From positions 1 through 18,593 of the IMG/VR virus record IMGVR_UViG_2534681832_000034: a DNA stretch of 18,593 nt; one strand, given 5' to 3'. The notes below the pieces were generated by a model that did not search any database, had not been told where the DNA came from, and was given only the letters and a program-made list of their open reading frames with translations. The stretch comes from a virus (Duplodnaviria > Heunggongvirae > Uroviricota > Caudoviricetes). Shown here in pieces: positions 1 through 7,235 of this stretch. The position numbers and the translations under genes were made by a program. The first letter of the stretch is position 1; the number at the start of each line of letters is the position of its first letter.

Positions 1-1035
1 CCTCTCGTCACCCGTAATGACATAGCCGAAGCGATCGCCCTGCATACTGCCTGTATGCCGACACGGGAGATCCCCGGCGCAATTGCCAACTATTTCATGA
101 TAACCAGGCGTTTTTATACCCGAACAGATAAGGCTGTGATCAACAGGCTACTGATAGCCGAGATCAGGGATTATTTGATTGAACAAGGACGTCTACGTTA
201 CGCAACGGTGGCAGCAGAAATGAGAAAGGAGGCACATAGAATGACCAGTAATAATTTGAATGTTAAAAAACCAGCATCTGTTGCTTCAGCTACGCCATCA
301 CCAGCTGTGAATGTTATCTCCAACACTGGAGATACAATCGACAGCCAGACGCTGTTAAAGATGGTTAATGAGGCGCGCAAGCTATGTGGGGAAAATGAGA
401 TCCGCAATAACGATTTTCTCAATAGAATTAAGGATGAACTTGATGGGGAATTTTACGAAACTTTCGTAAAATCCCATGGCACAAGGGCCGGGCGCTCTTT
501 TGAGGTCATAACCATGACCTACAAACAAGCCCTGCGAGTCGCCGCGCGCGAGTCAAAAGCGGTCCGCCGTTCGCTGATCGACAAACTGGAAGAATTGCAG
601 CAGGCAAACTCCCCTACCCCATCGATCCCCCAAACATTACCAGAAGCCCTACGTCTGGCTGCCGAGTTAGCAGAACAGAAAATGCAGTTGGAACAACAGC
701 TGGTGGCCGCAGCCCCTAAAGTCGATTTTGCTGACCGGGTATCAGCGGCTAATGGAATCCTGATCGGGAACTTTGCAAAGGTCGTTGGACTTAAGCAAAA
801 CGCCCTTTTCTCATGGTTGCGCCAGAACGGCATTCTCATGGCTTTTGGTGCGCGCAAAAACGTACCGCGCCAGCAGTACATTAACGCCGGGTATTTCACG
901 GTGAAAGAAGTGGTGCTGGATGATGAAAATGGCTACCAGATACGGCTGACGCCCCAATTAACGGGTAAAGGCCAGCAGTGGTTAACTCGCAAGCTACTTG
1001 ATGCTGGTTTGTTAAAACCAGTAGCAATAGGTTAA
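1..1035 (+). CDS. ant: Antirepressor, 5'-partial (Ant1-like); C-terminal ANT/KilAC-type domain
   Basis: Frame 1 is open from base 1 to TAA at 1033-1035, so the N-terminus lies upstream of the window. The C-terminal ~110 aa (LPEALRLAAELAEQK...APKVDFADRV...GNFAKV...WLRQNGIL...YFTVKE) is paralogous to the C-terminus of the next gene. P1 ant1/ant2 nested organisation is recalled, not searched. Confidence 0.6.
   Translation, partial: PLVTRNDIAEAIALHTACMPTREIPGAIANYFMITRRFYTRTDKAVINRLLIAEIRDYLIEQGRLRYATVAAEMRKEAHRMTSNNLNVKKPASVASATPSPAVNVISNTGDTIDSQTLLKMVNEARKLCGENEIRNNDFLNRIKDELDGEFYETFVKSHGTRAGRSFEVITMTYKQALRVAARESKAVRRSLIDKLEELQQANSPTPSIPQTLPEALRLAAELAEQKMQLEQQLVAAAPKVDFADRVSAANGILIGNFAKVVGLKQNALFSWLRQNGILMAFGARKNVPRQQYINAGYFTVKEVVLDDENGYQIRLTPQLTGKGQQWLTRKLLDAGLLKPVAIG
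241..1035 (+). CDS. Nested in-frame antirepressor isoform (Ant2-like), 264 aa
   Basis: ATG at 241 preceded by AAGGAGG (226-232) at 8-nt spacing, in the same frame as the longer ORF. Confidence 0.5.
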   Translation: MTSNNLNVKKPASVASATPSPAVNVISNTGDTIDSQTLLKMVNEARKLCGENEIRNNDFLNRIKDELDGEFYETFVKSHGTRAGRSFEVITMTYKQALRVAARESKAVRRSLIDKLEELQQANSPTPSIPQTLPEALRLAAELAEQKMQLEQQLVAAAPKVDFADRVSAANGILIGNFAKVVGLKQNALFSWLRQNGILMAFGARKNVPRQQYINAGYFTVKEVVLDDENGYQIRLTPQLTGKGQQWLTRKLLDAGLLKPVAIG

Positions 1036-1040
1036 CAAAA

Positions 1041-1072
1041 GAAAAAACCTGCCAGCAAACTGGCAGGTTTCT
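1041..1072 (+). terminator. Rho-independent terminator after the antirepressor gene
   Basis: Stem CCTGCCAG (1048-1055), loop CAAA, CTGGCAGG (1060-1067), followed by TTTCT. Confidence 0.6.
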
Positions 1073-1111
1073 GAGCAGATCGTCCAACCCGATCTGGATC
1101 GGGTCAGAAAA

Positions 1112-1129
1112 ATTTGCTCTAATAAATTT
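1112..1129 (+). promoter_or_regulatory. P1 C1-repressor operator-like site upstream of kilA-like gene
   Basis: ATTTGCTCTAATAAATTT is a near-perfect match to the remembered asymmetric C1 operator consensus ATTGCTCTAATAAATTT, about 70 bp upstream of the 1199 start. Confidence 0.6.
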
Positions 1130-1198
1130 CGTTTTCTAAGTGCAAAGAATCACCTTTTCGAGCTGGTGATTGAAGGTTGATGCAAATTTGGAGAAAAA

Positions 1199-1999
1199 AT
1201 GCAACAAACATTCAATGCGGATATGAATATATCAAACCTTCATCAAAATGTCGATCCTTCAACCACTCTGCCTGTTATTTGTGGTGTTGAAATTACGACC
1301 GACCGCGCTGGCCGTTACAACCTTAATGCTCTACACAGAGCGAGCGGACTCGGTGCCCATAAAGCGCCAGCTCAATGGCTAAGAACGCTGTCAGCCAAAC
1401 AGCTTATCGAAGAGCTTGAAAAAGAAACTATGCAGAATTGCATAGTTTCGTTCGAAGGCCGTGGCGGCGGTACGTTTGCCCATGAATTGCTCGCTGTGGA
1501 GTACGCAGGCTGGATTTCTCCCGCGTTTCGGCTGAAGGTAAACCAGACATTTATCGACTATCGAGCCGGAAGATTACAACCTGCTATTCCGCAGAGTCTC
1601 CCTGAAGCTCTCCGTTTGGCTGCCGACCTGGCAGAGCAAAAGCAACGGCTGGAGCAAAAAATGCTTATGGATGCGCCTAAAGTCGAATTCGCCGAACGCG
1701 TTGCTACCGCCAGCGGGGTTCTAATCGGCAACTATGCCAAAGTGCTCGGTCTGGGCCAAAACTATCTCTTCACCTGGTTGCGTGATAACGGAATTCTGAT
1801 CGCAACCGGTGAACGCAGGAACGTCCCCAAACAAGAATACATATCCCGTGGGTATTTCACCCTTAAAGAAACCGTGATCGATACAAGCAATGGAAGCAGG
1901 ATTTCTTTCACGACTCGTATAACCGGCAAAGGTCAGCAGTGGCTGATGAAGCGATTGCTTGATACTGGTGTGCTGGTACCTGTCGCGGCAACGCGCTAA
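1199..1999 (+). CDS. kilA: KilA-N domain / ANT(KilAC) domain protein, 266 aa
   Basis: ATG 1199 with GGAG at 5-nt spacing. The N-terminal region (VICGVEITTDRAGRYNLNALHRASG...GTFAHELLAVEYAGWISPAFRLKV) looks like a KilA-N domain; the C-terminus is the shared ANT-type domain. Confidence 0.85.
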   Translation: MQQTFNADMNISNLHQNVDPSTTLPVICGVEITTDRAGRYNLNALHRASGLGAHKAPAQWLRTLSAKQLIEELEKETMQNCIVSFEGRGGGTFAHELLAVEYAGWISPAFRLKVNQTFIDYRAGRLQPAIPQSLPEALRLAADLAEQKQRLEQKMLMDAPKVEFAERVATASGVLIGNYAKVLGLGQNYLFTWLRDNGILIATGERRNVPKQEYISRGYFTLKETVIDTSNGSRISFTTRITGKGQQWLMKRLLDTGVLVPVAATR

Positions 2000-2028
2000 C
2001 AGACGTAGTAAGAACCACCAGCATTGTA

Positions 2029-2607
2029 ATGCTGGCTAAAGTCACTTTCCTGAGCTGTATAACGATGAGCGATTTTACTTTTTCTGGCTATGAATTGGCC
2101 TGCTTTGTAACACACTCCGGTCTATCCCGTAGCGCCGGGCATATCCTGTCGCAATGTGCAAATCTAGCGGCAACAACCAGTGAATACTTCATTCACAAGC
2201 CTCACCGCCTGATCGCGGCAGAAACTGGTTATAGCCAATCAACCGTCGTTCGTGCATTCCGTGAAGCTGTAAACAAAGGAATTCTGTCTGTAGAGATTGT
2301 TATCGGCGATCACCGTGAACGTCGCGCTAACCTGTACCGGTTTACACCATCCTTTTTGGCCTTCGCACAACAAGCCAAAAATGCGCTGATTGAAAGCAAA
2401 TTAAAGATCTCTTCAGCGGCAACCAAGGTTAAAGCTGTTCTCGCTAAGACATTGGCTTTATTTAATTTTTTATCCACACCCCCATGTCAAAATGATACCC
2501 CCTCCCCCTGTCAGGATGACGTGGCAATAAAGAATAAGAAGTCACAAGTTAAAAAACAAAAAGATCAGTTTCCGGCGGTGCCGGAACGACCAGACTCAAA
2601 AAATTGA
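2029..2607 (+). CDS. HTH DNA-binding protein; probably the N-terminal part of a longer protein (possibly RepL-like lytic replication initiator)
   Basis: ATG 2029, TGA 2605-2607; helix-turn-helix-like segment AETGYSQSTVVRAFREAVNKGIL; basic Lys-rich tail. The RepL assignment is a positional guess (downstream of kilA). Confidence 0.55.
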   Translation: MLAKVTFLSCITMSDFTFSGYELACFVTHSGLSRSAGHILSQCANLAATTSEYFIHKPHRLIAAETGYSQSTVVRAFREAVNKGILSVEIVIGDHRERRANLYRFTPSFLAFAQQAKNALIESKLKISSAATKVKAVLAKTLALFNFLSTPPCQNDTPSPCQDDVAIKNKKSQVKKQKDQFPAVPERPDSKN

Positions 2608-2873
2608 CTTCATGGATCGCTGAGGCAAAAGCAAAGGCTGACAATCTGCGGTTATCCAAAAAACGCGCTCAAAAACATGAGTTCAAGCAGAAAGTAGAGG
2701 CGGCAGCGCGGAAATATGCTTACCTGAAGGACAAGCGTTCTCCTGATATTGGCGGGATATCAAACTTCGATAATCTGCCGCATTGCATGACGGTAAACGA
2801 AGCTCTTAATGCGGTTTTAGCCAAAAATAAAGATAACGAACAATGGGGTATACCGGCAGGATTCAGAGGGTGA
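2604..2873 (+). CDS. ORF with no in-frame ATG near its 5' end; likely the -1-frame continuation of 2029-2607
   Basis: This frame is open from 2553 (stop at 2550-2552). It overlaps the upstream stop as TTGA and has no SD; the first in-frame Met is near the C-terminus. Confidence 0.4.
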   Translation: MTSWIAEAKAKADNLRLSKKRAQKHEFKQKVEAAARKYAYLKDKRSPDIGGISNFDNLPHCMTVNEALNAVLAKNKDNEQWGIPAGFRG

Positions 2874-2923
2874 TAGATTGCTCTAATCTGGAGTCACCTG
2901 GCGTTTTCAGTTTGAGGTCGGAG

Positions 2924-3169
2924 ATGCAATCTGATTTTTTACAGTTAGCGATCGCTTTTGCAGGATATGTTTGTATTGGCTTCTGTGTATACATGATCAG
3001 CCGAAAAATGCTTGTCGATATCGACCGCAAAGAACGAGCAGAGGAGATCTTAGTATGGATTTTCTTTGGCGCGGTCTGGCCATTAGGGATCATGTTTGCT
3101 GCAACATTTCTTCTGATGTGGATATTCACCCTTCCAGGTGATTTCTATAGAAAAAAAGCCAGACATTGA
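2924..3169 (+). CDS. Small membrane protein, 81 aa, two predicted TM helices
   Basis: ATG 2924 preceded by GAGGTCGGAG; hydrophobic stretches LAIAFAGYVCIGFCVYMI and ILVWIFFGAVWPLGIMFAATFLLMWIF; TGA 3167-3169. Confidence 0.55.
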   Translation: MQSDFLQLAIAFAGYVCIGFCVYMISRKMLVDIDRKERAEEILVWIFFGAVWPLGIMFAATFLLMWIFTLPGDFYRKKARH

Positions 3170-3239
3170 TACAATCGTTGCGGGTGCTTGAGGCTATCTG
3201 CTTCAGGCATTACCCGAAAAGCAGATAGAAGAAAGCCCC

Positions 3240-3307
3240 AGATAACATTACGCGTCCTGCAAGACGCTTAACATTAATCTGAGGCCATATCTATGCTTAG
3301 CATACGT
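3240..3307 (-). ncRNA. sok: Predicted Sok-like antisense RNA covering the mok start region
   Basis: Minus-strand promoter: -35 TTGACC (plus 3337-3332), 18-bp spacer, -10 TAATCT (plus 3313-3308). The transcript would run antisense across the mok ATG (3293). A stem GCGTC/GACGC at about 3251-3266 is a candidate 3' structure. Ends are approximate. Confidence 0.45.
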
Positions 3308-3499
3308 AGATTAGCCTCTTACCGACCAAAAGGTCAAGGAGAAGCAGGCTATGAAGCAGCAAAAAGCGATGTTAATCGCTCTGATCGTCATCTGTTTAAC
3401 CGTCATTGTGACGGCACTGGTAACGAGGAAAGACCTCTGCGAGGTACGAATCCGAACCGGCCAGACGGAGGTCACTGTCTTCACAGCCTACGAATCTGA
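3293..3499 (+). CDS. mok: mok-like overlapping reading frame (translation-coupling ORF of the hok locus)
   Basis: ATG 3293; 68-codon ORF overlapping almost all of hok in another frame, as in hok/mok/sok loci. Confidence 0.5.
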   Translation: MLSIRRLASYRPKGQGEAGYEAAKSDVNRSDRHLFNRHCDGTGNEERPLRGTNPNRPDGGHCLHSLRI

Positions 3500-3506
3500 A
3501 AGGTAA
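3351..3506 (+). CDS. hok: Hok/Gef-family type I toxin, 51 aa
   Basis: Translation MKQQKAMLIALIVICLTVIVTALVTRKDLCEVRIRTGQTEVTVFTAYESER matches the Hok family pattern (LIVxCLT...LTRKxLCExRxRxG..EV.AF.AYES). AAGGAG precedes the ATG. The leader (GGTGCTTGAGGC..., TAGCCTCTTACCG, CAAGGAGAAG) resembles the R1 hok mRNA as I remember it. Confidence 0.8.
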   Translation: MKQQKAMLIALIVICLTVIVTALVTRKDLCEVRIRTGQTEVTVFTAYESER

Positions 3507-3577
3507 GAGACCTGGCGGGGAGAGATCTCCGCCACTCTTAGTGTGTCAGGTATCCTCAATGCACCCTTTCATCTCCA

Positions 3578-3606
3578 AATAAAAAAGCTCCCGAAGGAGC
3601 TTTAAA
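3578..3606. terminator. Bidirectional rho-independent terminator (end of minus-strand late operon; probable hok mRNA 3' end)
   Basis: Stem GCTCC (3587-3591), loop CGAA, GGAGC (3596-3600), flanked by A6 upstream and TTT downstream, so the minus-strand transcript ends hairpin + U6. Confidence 0.7.
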
Positions 3607-3622
3607 ATACAAGGGATGACTC

Positions 3623-4132
3623 TTAATCCCACTCAATCCAGTTGTAGACGATACGAAGTGACGGGCGCACAGCGGCAGTCACATCTTCGGTACTAAAGTC
3701 GATTGCATCACTGTAGATTTTGCAGTCCAACATTTCAATTGTTGTAGCAGCTTTTGTTACAGCGTTAACCCCGGAAGATTTGGATTCAGGGGTAGCAGCC
3801 ATCGTGATATCAACATAGTCCTTCGCCGCAATGCGATCCTTGATGAACTGAAGAATATCGCCTTCGATAGTCTCCACGCACTGGACCTGGATTTCCCCAG
3901 AGTTTCGAATTGGTCCGTGCTGGTTGAACTTCACACCATTCGGACCATAGTCCTCCACATCCTCGCGGGTCATTTCAGGAATTTGCGACGTGCGAACCAG
4001 TACGCTGATATCTTCATGGCCTGCAACAGTGAGCTGGAATTCAGAAGATACCAGTCGTTCGCCTTTGGCCGCGTTGGCAGTATAGCGGCCCTTAATAAAT
4101 TTACGGTTTCCCTTAGTGTTATTGTGCCCCAT
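3623..4132 (-). CDS. Late-operon structural/morphogenesis protein, 169 aa (function unassigned)
   Basis: ATG at 4132 (minus) with AAAGGA SD; TAA at 3623-3625; last gene before the terminator. Confidence 0.8.
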   Translation of the reverse strand: MGHNNTKGNRKFIKGRYTANAAKGERLVSSEFQLTVAGHEDISVLVRTSQIPEMTREDVEDYGPNGVKFNQHGPIRNSGEIQVQCVETIEGDILQFIKDRIAAKDYVDITMAATPESKSSGVNAVTKAATTIEMLDCKIYSDAIDFSTEDVTAAVRPSLRIVYNWIEWD

Positions 4133-4143
4133 ATAAAATCCTT

Positions 4144-4725
4144 TTACTGGAACGCCCGAACAATATCGGAGCTGTTATATATCGAAGAACCGGTCAACTG
4201 GAGGTTGACGGTGTTTTTCAGGAAATGCCCATTGCTGTCCCTGGGCGCATCGAGATCGAAACTTATGTCCTGGATAGCGACATCAATGATGTTGATCTGG
4301 CGACCAATGTTTAGCGTCACACGCTCCGGGATTCGACCACCAATACTGGCATCTTTAAGTTCCGGGCTAATCATCGCTGACAATGCGGCGATAGCTCCTG
4401 AAACCTCCGTGAATGGATCAAACAAAGCGATGAAAGTTACTGGCAGCGTGAAAGTTGGCGGTGTTCCCCCCTCCCAAACCATTAAGCTGTTCCAACGGGC
4501 CACCGACGTTGTTTCAGTACCAACCTGCGCAAAACCACTGAAGGCACCAGCAACAGACCCCATGGACATACCGGTAAACGGCGCTTCCCAATTCTGGGCC
4601 ATGTTCATTGCTGCCCCCTGGCTGATATATCCGGTAACCTGGTACTGAGAGTTCGTTAAAGTAACTTTCAGAAATGGCGATACACCGTCAGCCTGGCTGT
4701 AAACCCCATAAGGTATAGGTGCCAT
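4144..4725 (-). CDS. Late-operon structural/morphogenesis protein, 193 aa (function unassigned)
   Basis: ATG at 4725 (minus); Gly/Ala/Ser/Thr-rich composition typical of virion proteins; packed 11 nt upstream of the next gene. Confidence 0.8.
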   Translation of the reverse strand: MAPIPYGVYSQADGVSPFLKVTLTNSQYQVTGYISQGAAMNMAQNWEAPFTGMSMGSVAGAFSGFAQVGTETTSVARWNSLMVWEGGTPPTFTLPVTFIALFDPFTEVSGAIAALSAMISPELKDASIGGRIPERVTLNIGRQINIIDVAIQDISFDLDAPRDSNGHFLKNTVNLQLTGSSIYNSSDIVRAFQ

Positions 4726-4760
4726 TCAAGTTAAAGGCCGGAGTTCTCCGGCCTCCTCCT

Positions 4761-5576
4761 TTAGCCAAGGCGCTTACGGCGCAGTTTCATTGACTTTTTG
4801 CGGGCAAGTTTTGCCGCACCCGTCTGGGCTTTTCGACGCGCTTTTTTCAGCGCCGATTTTTGAGCCGCAGTCAGACGTTTTTTACGCAGGCGTTTACGGA
4901 TGAGTTTGATCTCACCGTTACGAACAACCTTCTTAAATGCTTCAGTCAGCATTTCATCAGAAGTGCCAGCAACAACAAACGCCGCTTCCAGTTCGTCACG
5001 GTCGTCGCTATCTAAACCAGCGATAGAGGCACCAACATCAGCAGCTGCGTCGTCGTCTTCATCGTCAGCCAGTGCTTCGATCAGGTCATCATCTACACCG
5101 CATGCTGCGAGGAAGTCAGCAACATTTGCCCATGCTTCGTTATAGGCATCGTCCTGTTCTTCTGTAACTTCGGAGTCGTCGTCATCAGAGATACCAGCGA
5201 TAGCCTGAACGAAACCATCAAGGGAGTCGAAAGTCAGATCACCGCTATCAGCCCAGGCGAAAACGGCGTCGGCCGCATCACTCAACGCATTCTGCATAGC
5301 ACTTCTATTTGCAGCTTCCAGAATCATCTGGTGCGCCTGTTCGACGGTCCATTCTTTACCGTCTTTCCCTTCCAGGATTTGCTCAGGAGCCGGGGCAGAT
5401 GGAACGTTATCGTTAGTCTGTGCCGCCGGTTCCGGATTATTATTAATAACCGGATCTGTTGGCTGTTCGGCGCTTGCTCGGGCAGACTCCATCAGCTGCA
5501 CAGGATCAGAGTTCAAAGCGAAACGAGACAGTCCATTCCCCAAAAATGCCCCGGATTGAAAAAAGTTTTTGCTCAT
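4761..5576 (-). CDS. Highly acidic protein with poly-basic C-terminal tail, 271 aa (possible scaffold or internal/DNA-associated virion protein)
   Basis: ATG at 5576 (minus) with AAGGGA SD; long Asp/Glu runs (DDDDSEVTEEQDD, DDEDDDAAAD) followed by a C-terminal ~50 aa rich in Lys/Arg. Confidence 0.8.
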   Translation of the reverse strand: MSKNFFQSGAFLGNGLSRFALNSDPVQLMESARASAEQPTDPVINNNPEPAAQTNDNVPSAPAPEQILEGKDGKEWTVEQAHQMILEAANRSAMQNALSDAADAVFAWADSGDLTFDSLDGFVQAIAGISDDDDSEVTEEQDDAYNEAWANVADFLAACGVDDDLIEALADDEDDDAAADVGASIAGLDSDDRDELEAAFVVAGTSDEMLTEAFKKVVRNGEIKLIRKRLRKKRLTAAQKSALKKARRKAQTGAAKLARKKSMKLRRKRLG

Positions 5577-5585
5577 TGTATTCCC

Positions 5586-7175
5586 TTACTTAATAAGCAG
5601 CGGTACGCCCTGGATACGACGGGCTACGCCAGTCGGGCAGCAGGCCCAGACTACTTCCCATTTATCGAATTCCGCCTGCGTAACTTTCAGCACATACGGT
5701 TCTGTACCGTCAGCATCAGGATCACGAGGAGCCACCAGAGCGCCGGAGGCGACAAAGCGATCTAAAAGTTTGGTCATCCCTTTAGTCAGGCCAGCCGCAG
5801 TAATACCGTCCGGGCTATGCTTCATCTGTCGGGCTAACTGGACAAAGAAACGGCTGATTGCATTCATCAGGGATGGGACGTGCTGGAAGTGCAGATAGTT
5901 ATCCTGCGTGCAGCAAGTTAAAGCATCGTCGATGATCATCTGGCCAGAGGTGCCAACAGATACTTTATTGAGACGGCCCTTGACCATTGCTTCTTCGTCC
6001 GGGGTATCTTCCGGATACAGCGGTTGAATTGACGCACGAGCAATGACGGCACGTTCTTCACCAGCCGGTGAGTAATGCCAACCGCCGACATCAGAGTTTT
6101 TCTTGACGCCACGAGCTTTCGCCGCATACGCCACGCCAGACAGACCAAAGACCACACGGGATTGGGTCCATTTGTCTTTGCAGGAGAACGGGTAGTGATA
6201 GACAGCACAGCTTACATAATCGGTACCAAGTAAACCGGTATCTTCAACAGCAGAGAGCGCTTCCGTATACGTCAATGTCGGTTTGACATCAAAGAAGCCA
6301 TCAATCAGGCGATCAGAACAGATATTACCTAACGCGGTGATCGCCGCATTGTCATAGCAACCCAGGCCGAGAACAGCGGTGTACATGTACGGCGCATTGT
6401 TCAGCACCTTAACCGCACGCAGGTACGCAGCGGTTGAGATTTTCGACTGATCACCGTTGGTACCACCAGTGAACGCCAGCGATTTTTTATTTGTTACTTT
6501 CGCCGTCGAAATCAGCTCTTCATTAACAACCGCGCGCAGATATTTAGAACGGGCTTCCAGAGCCGTAGGCAGATAACACAAGCGGCCCATGTCATCTTTC
6601 GCTTCTTCCGCCAAAGACACAGTGTGTGTCTCCAGGGTCGTTACCACGCCGAGCGAAGTCGTCTGGGTCAGTTTTAAGAGGAAGCGTTCATTACCCGCGC
6701 TGTCCGCTGTTGCCGTTTCGATGGTTAACTCACGGGTAGGTGAAATACACGGATCACCATCATCAACGTAGATAGCAAAGGCTTCGCCACTATCAAGTTC
6801 AATTTCAGAACCGTATGGCAACGCACTGTAAGCCGGTTCGCCTGATTCATCGAACATAATAATCGGGAACTTCGCATCATCCGGAACAGCACGAACAACA
6901 TAACCTGACGTTTGCTGAATAGCTTCGTATACATGGCGAATTGGTTCGAACTGTGAGCCGGAAGACGGCTTCAGCGGTTCGCCGAGAACATCTTTGTAAT
7001 TGGACTCAGTAACCGCAAGAACAGTAAACGGCTTGCCACGCGCAAATACGCCAATACCAGCCCACAAGCTGCTATTTAATGCAACACCGGTAGATAACGT
7101 CGAATCGGCATTGATCGGGCTAACCGCGACGCCGGATGCATTACCTAATGACTGTTGAATTGAATATTGAGACAT
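5586..7175 (-). CDS. Large late structural protein, 529 aa (possibly contractile-tail sheath; P1 gene-22-like by position)
   Basis: ATG at 7175 (minus) with AGGGAAAG SD; TAA 5586-5588; composition typical of virion structural proteins. The sheath assignment is a weak guess from position and a C-terminal ...GAL... segment. Confidence 0.8.
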   Translation of the reverse strand: MSQYSIQQSLGNASGVAVSPINADSTLSTGVALNSSLWAGIGVFARGKPFTVLAVTESNYKDVLGEPLKPSSGSQFEPIRHVYEAIQQTSGYVVRAVPDDAKFPIIMFDESGEPAYSALPYGSEIELDSGEAFAIYVDDGDPCISPTRELTIETATADSAGNERFLLKLTQTTSLGVVTTLETHTVSLAEEAKDDMGRLCYLPTALEARSKYLRAVVNEELISTAKVTNKKSLAFTGGTNGDQSKISTAAYLRAVKVLNNAPYMYTAVLGLGCYDNAAITALGNICSDRLIDGFFDVKPTLTYTEALSAVEDTGLLGTDYVSCAVYHYPFSCKDKWTQSRVVFGLSGVAYAAKARGVKKNSDVGGWHYSPAGEERAVIARASIQPLYPEDTPDEEAMVKGRLNKVSVGTSGQMIIDDALTCCTQDNYLHFQHVPSLMNAISRFFVQLARQMKHSPDGITAAGLTKGMTKLLDRFVASGALVAPRDPDADGTEPYVLKVTQAEFDKWEVVWACCPTGVARRIQGVPLLIK

Positions 7176-7190
7176 AACTTTCCCTGTTAT

Positions 7191-7209
7191 GCGCCCCGCA
7201 CGGGGGCGC
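7191..7209 (-). promoter_or_regulatory. GC-rich intercistronic stem-loop without U-tract
   Basis: GCGCCCCG / CGGGGGCGC inverted repeat between the stop of the 7236-8942 gene and the start at 7175. Confidence 0.5.
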
Positions 7210-7235
7210 TATGTTAAACGGAGAACTTCCCCTGA

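Noticed and set aside
198-1087. Minus-strand ORFs 198-422, 519-899 and 896-1087
   Set aside because: Antisense to the antirepressor gene, whose reading frame is supported by paralogy with the next gene.
3917-4648. 243-aa plus-strand ORF
   Set aside because: Lies entirely antisense to two tightly packed minus-strand late genes that have good SDs and coherent operon structure; composition looks like a reverse-strand artefact of a GC-biased coding region.
3623-4725. Assigning the 169-aa and 193-aa late proteins as tail-tube proteins
   Set aside because: Based only on size and a vague C-terminal resemblance; not enough evidence without a profile search, so both are left as unassigned structural proteins.
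4900-5898. Plus-strand ORFs 4900-5145, 5331-5765 and 5569-5898
   Set aside because: Antisense to the acidic-protein gene and the 529-aa gene; Ser/Ala/Arg-rich low-complexity translations, no start signals.
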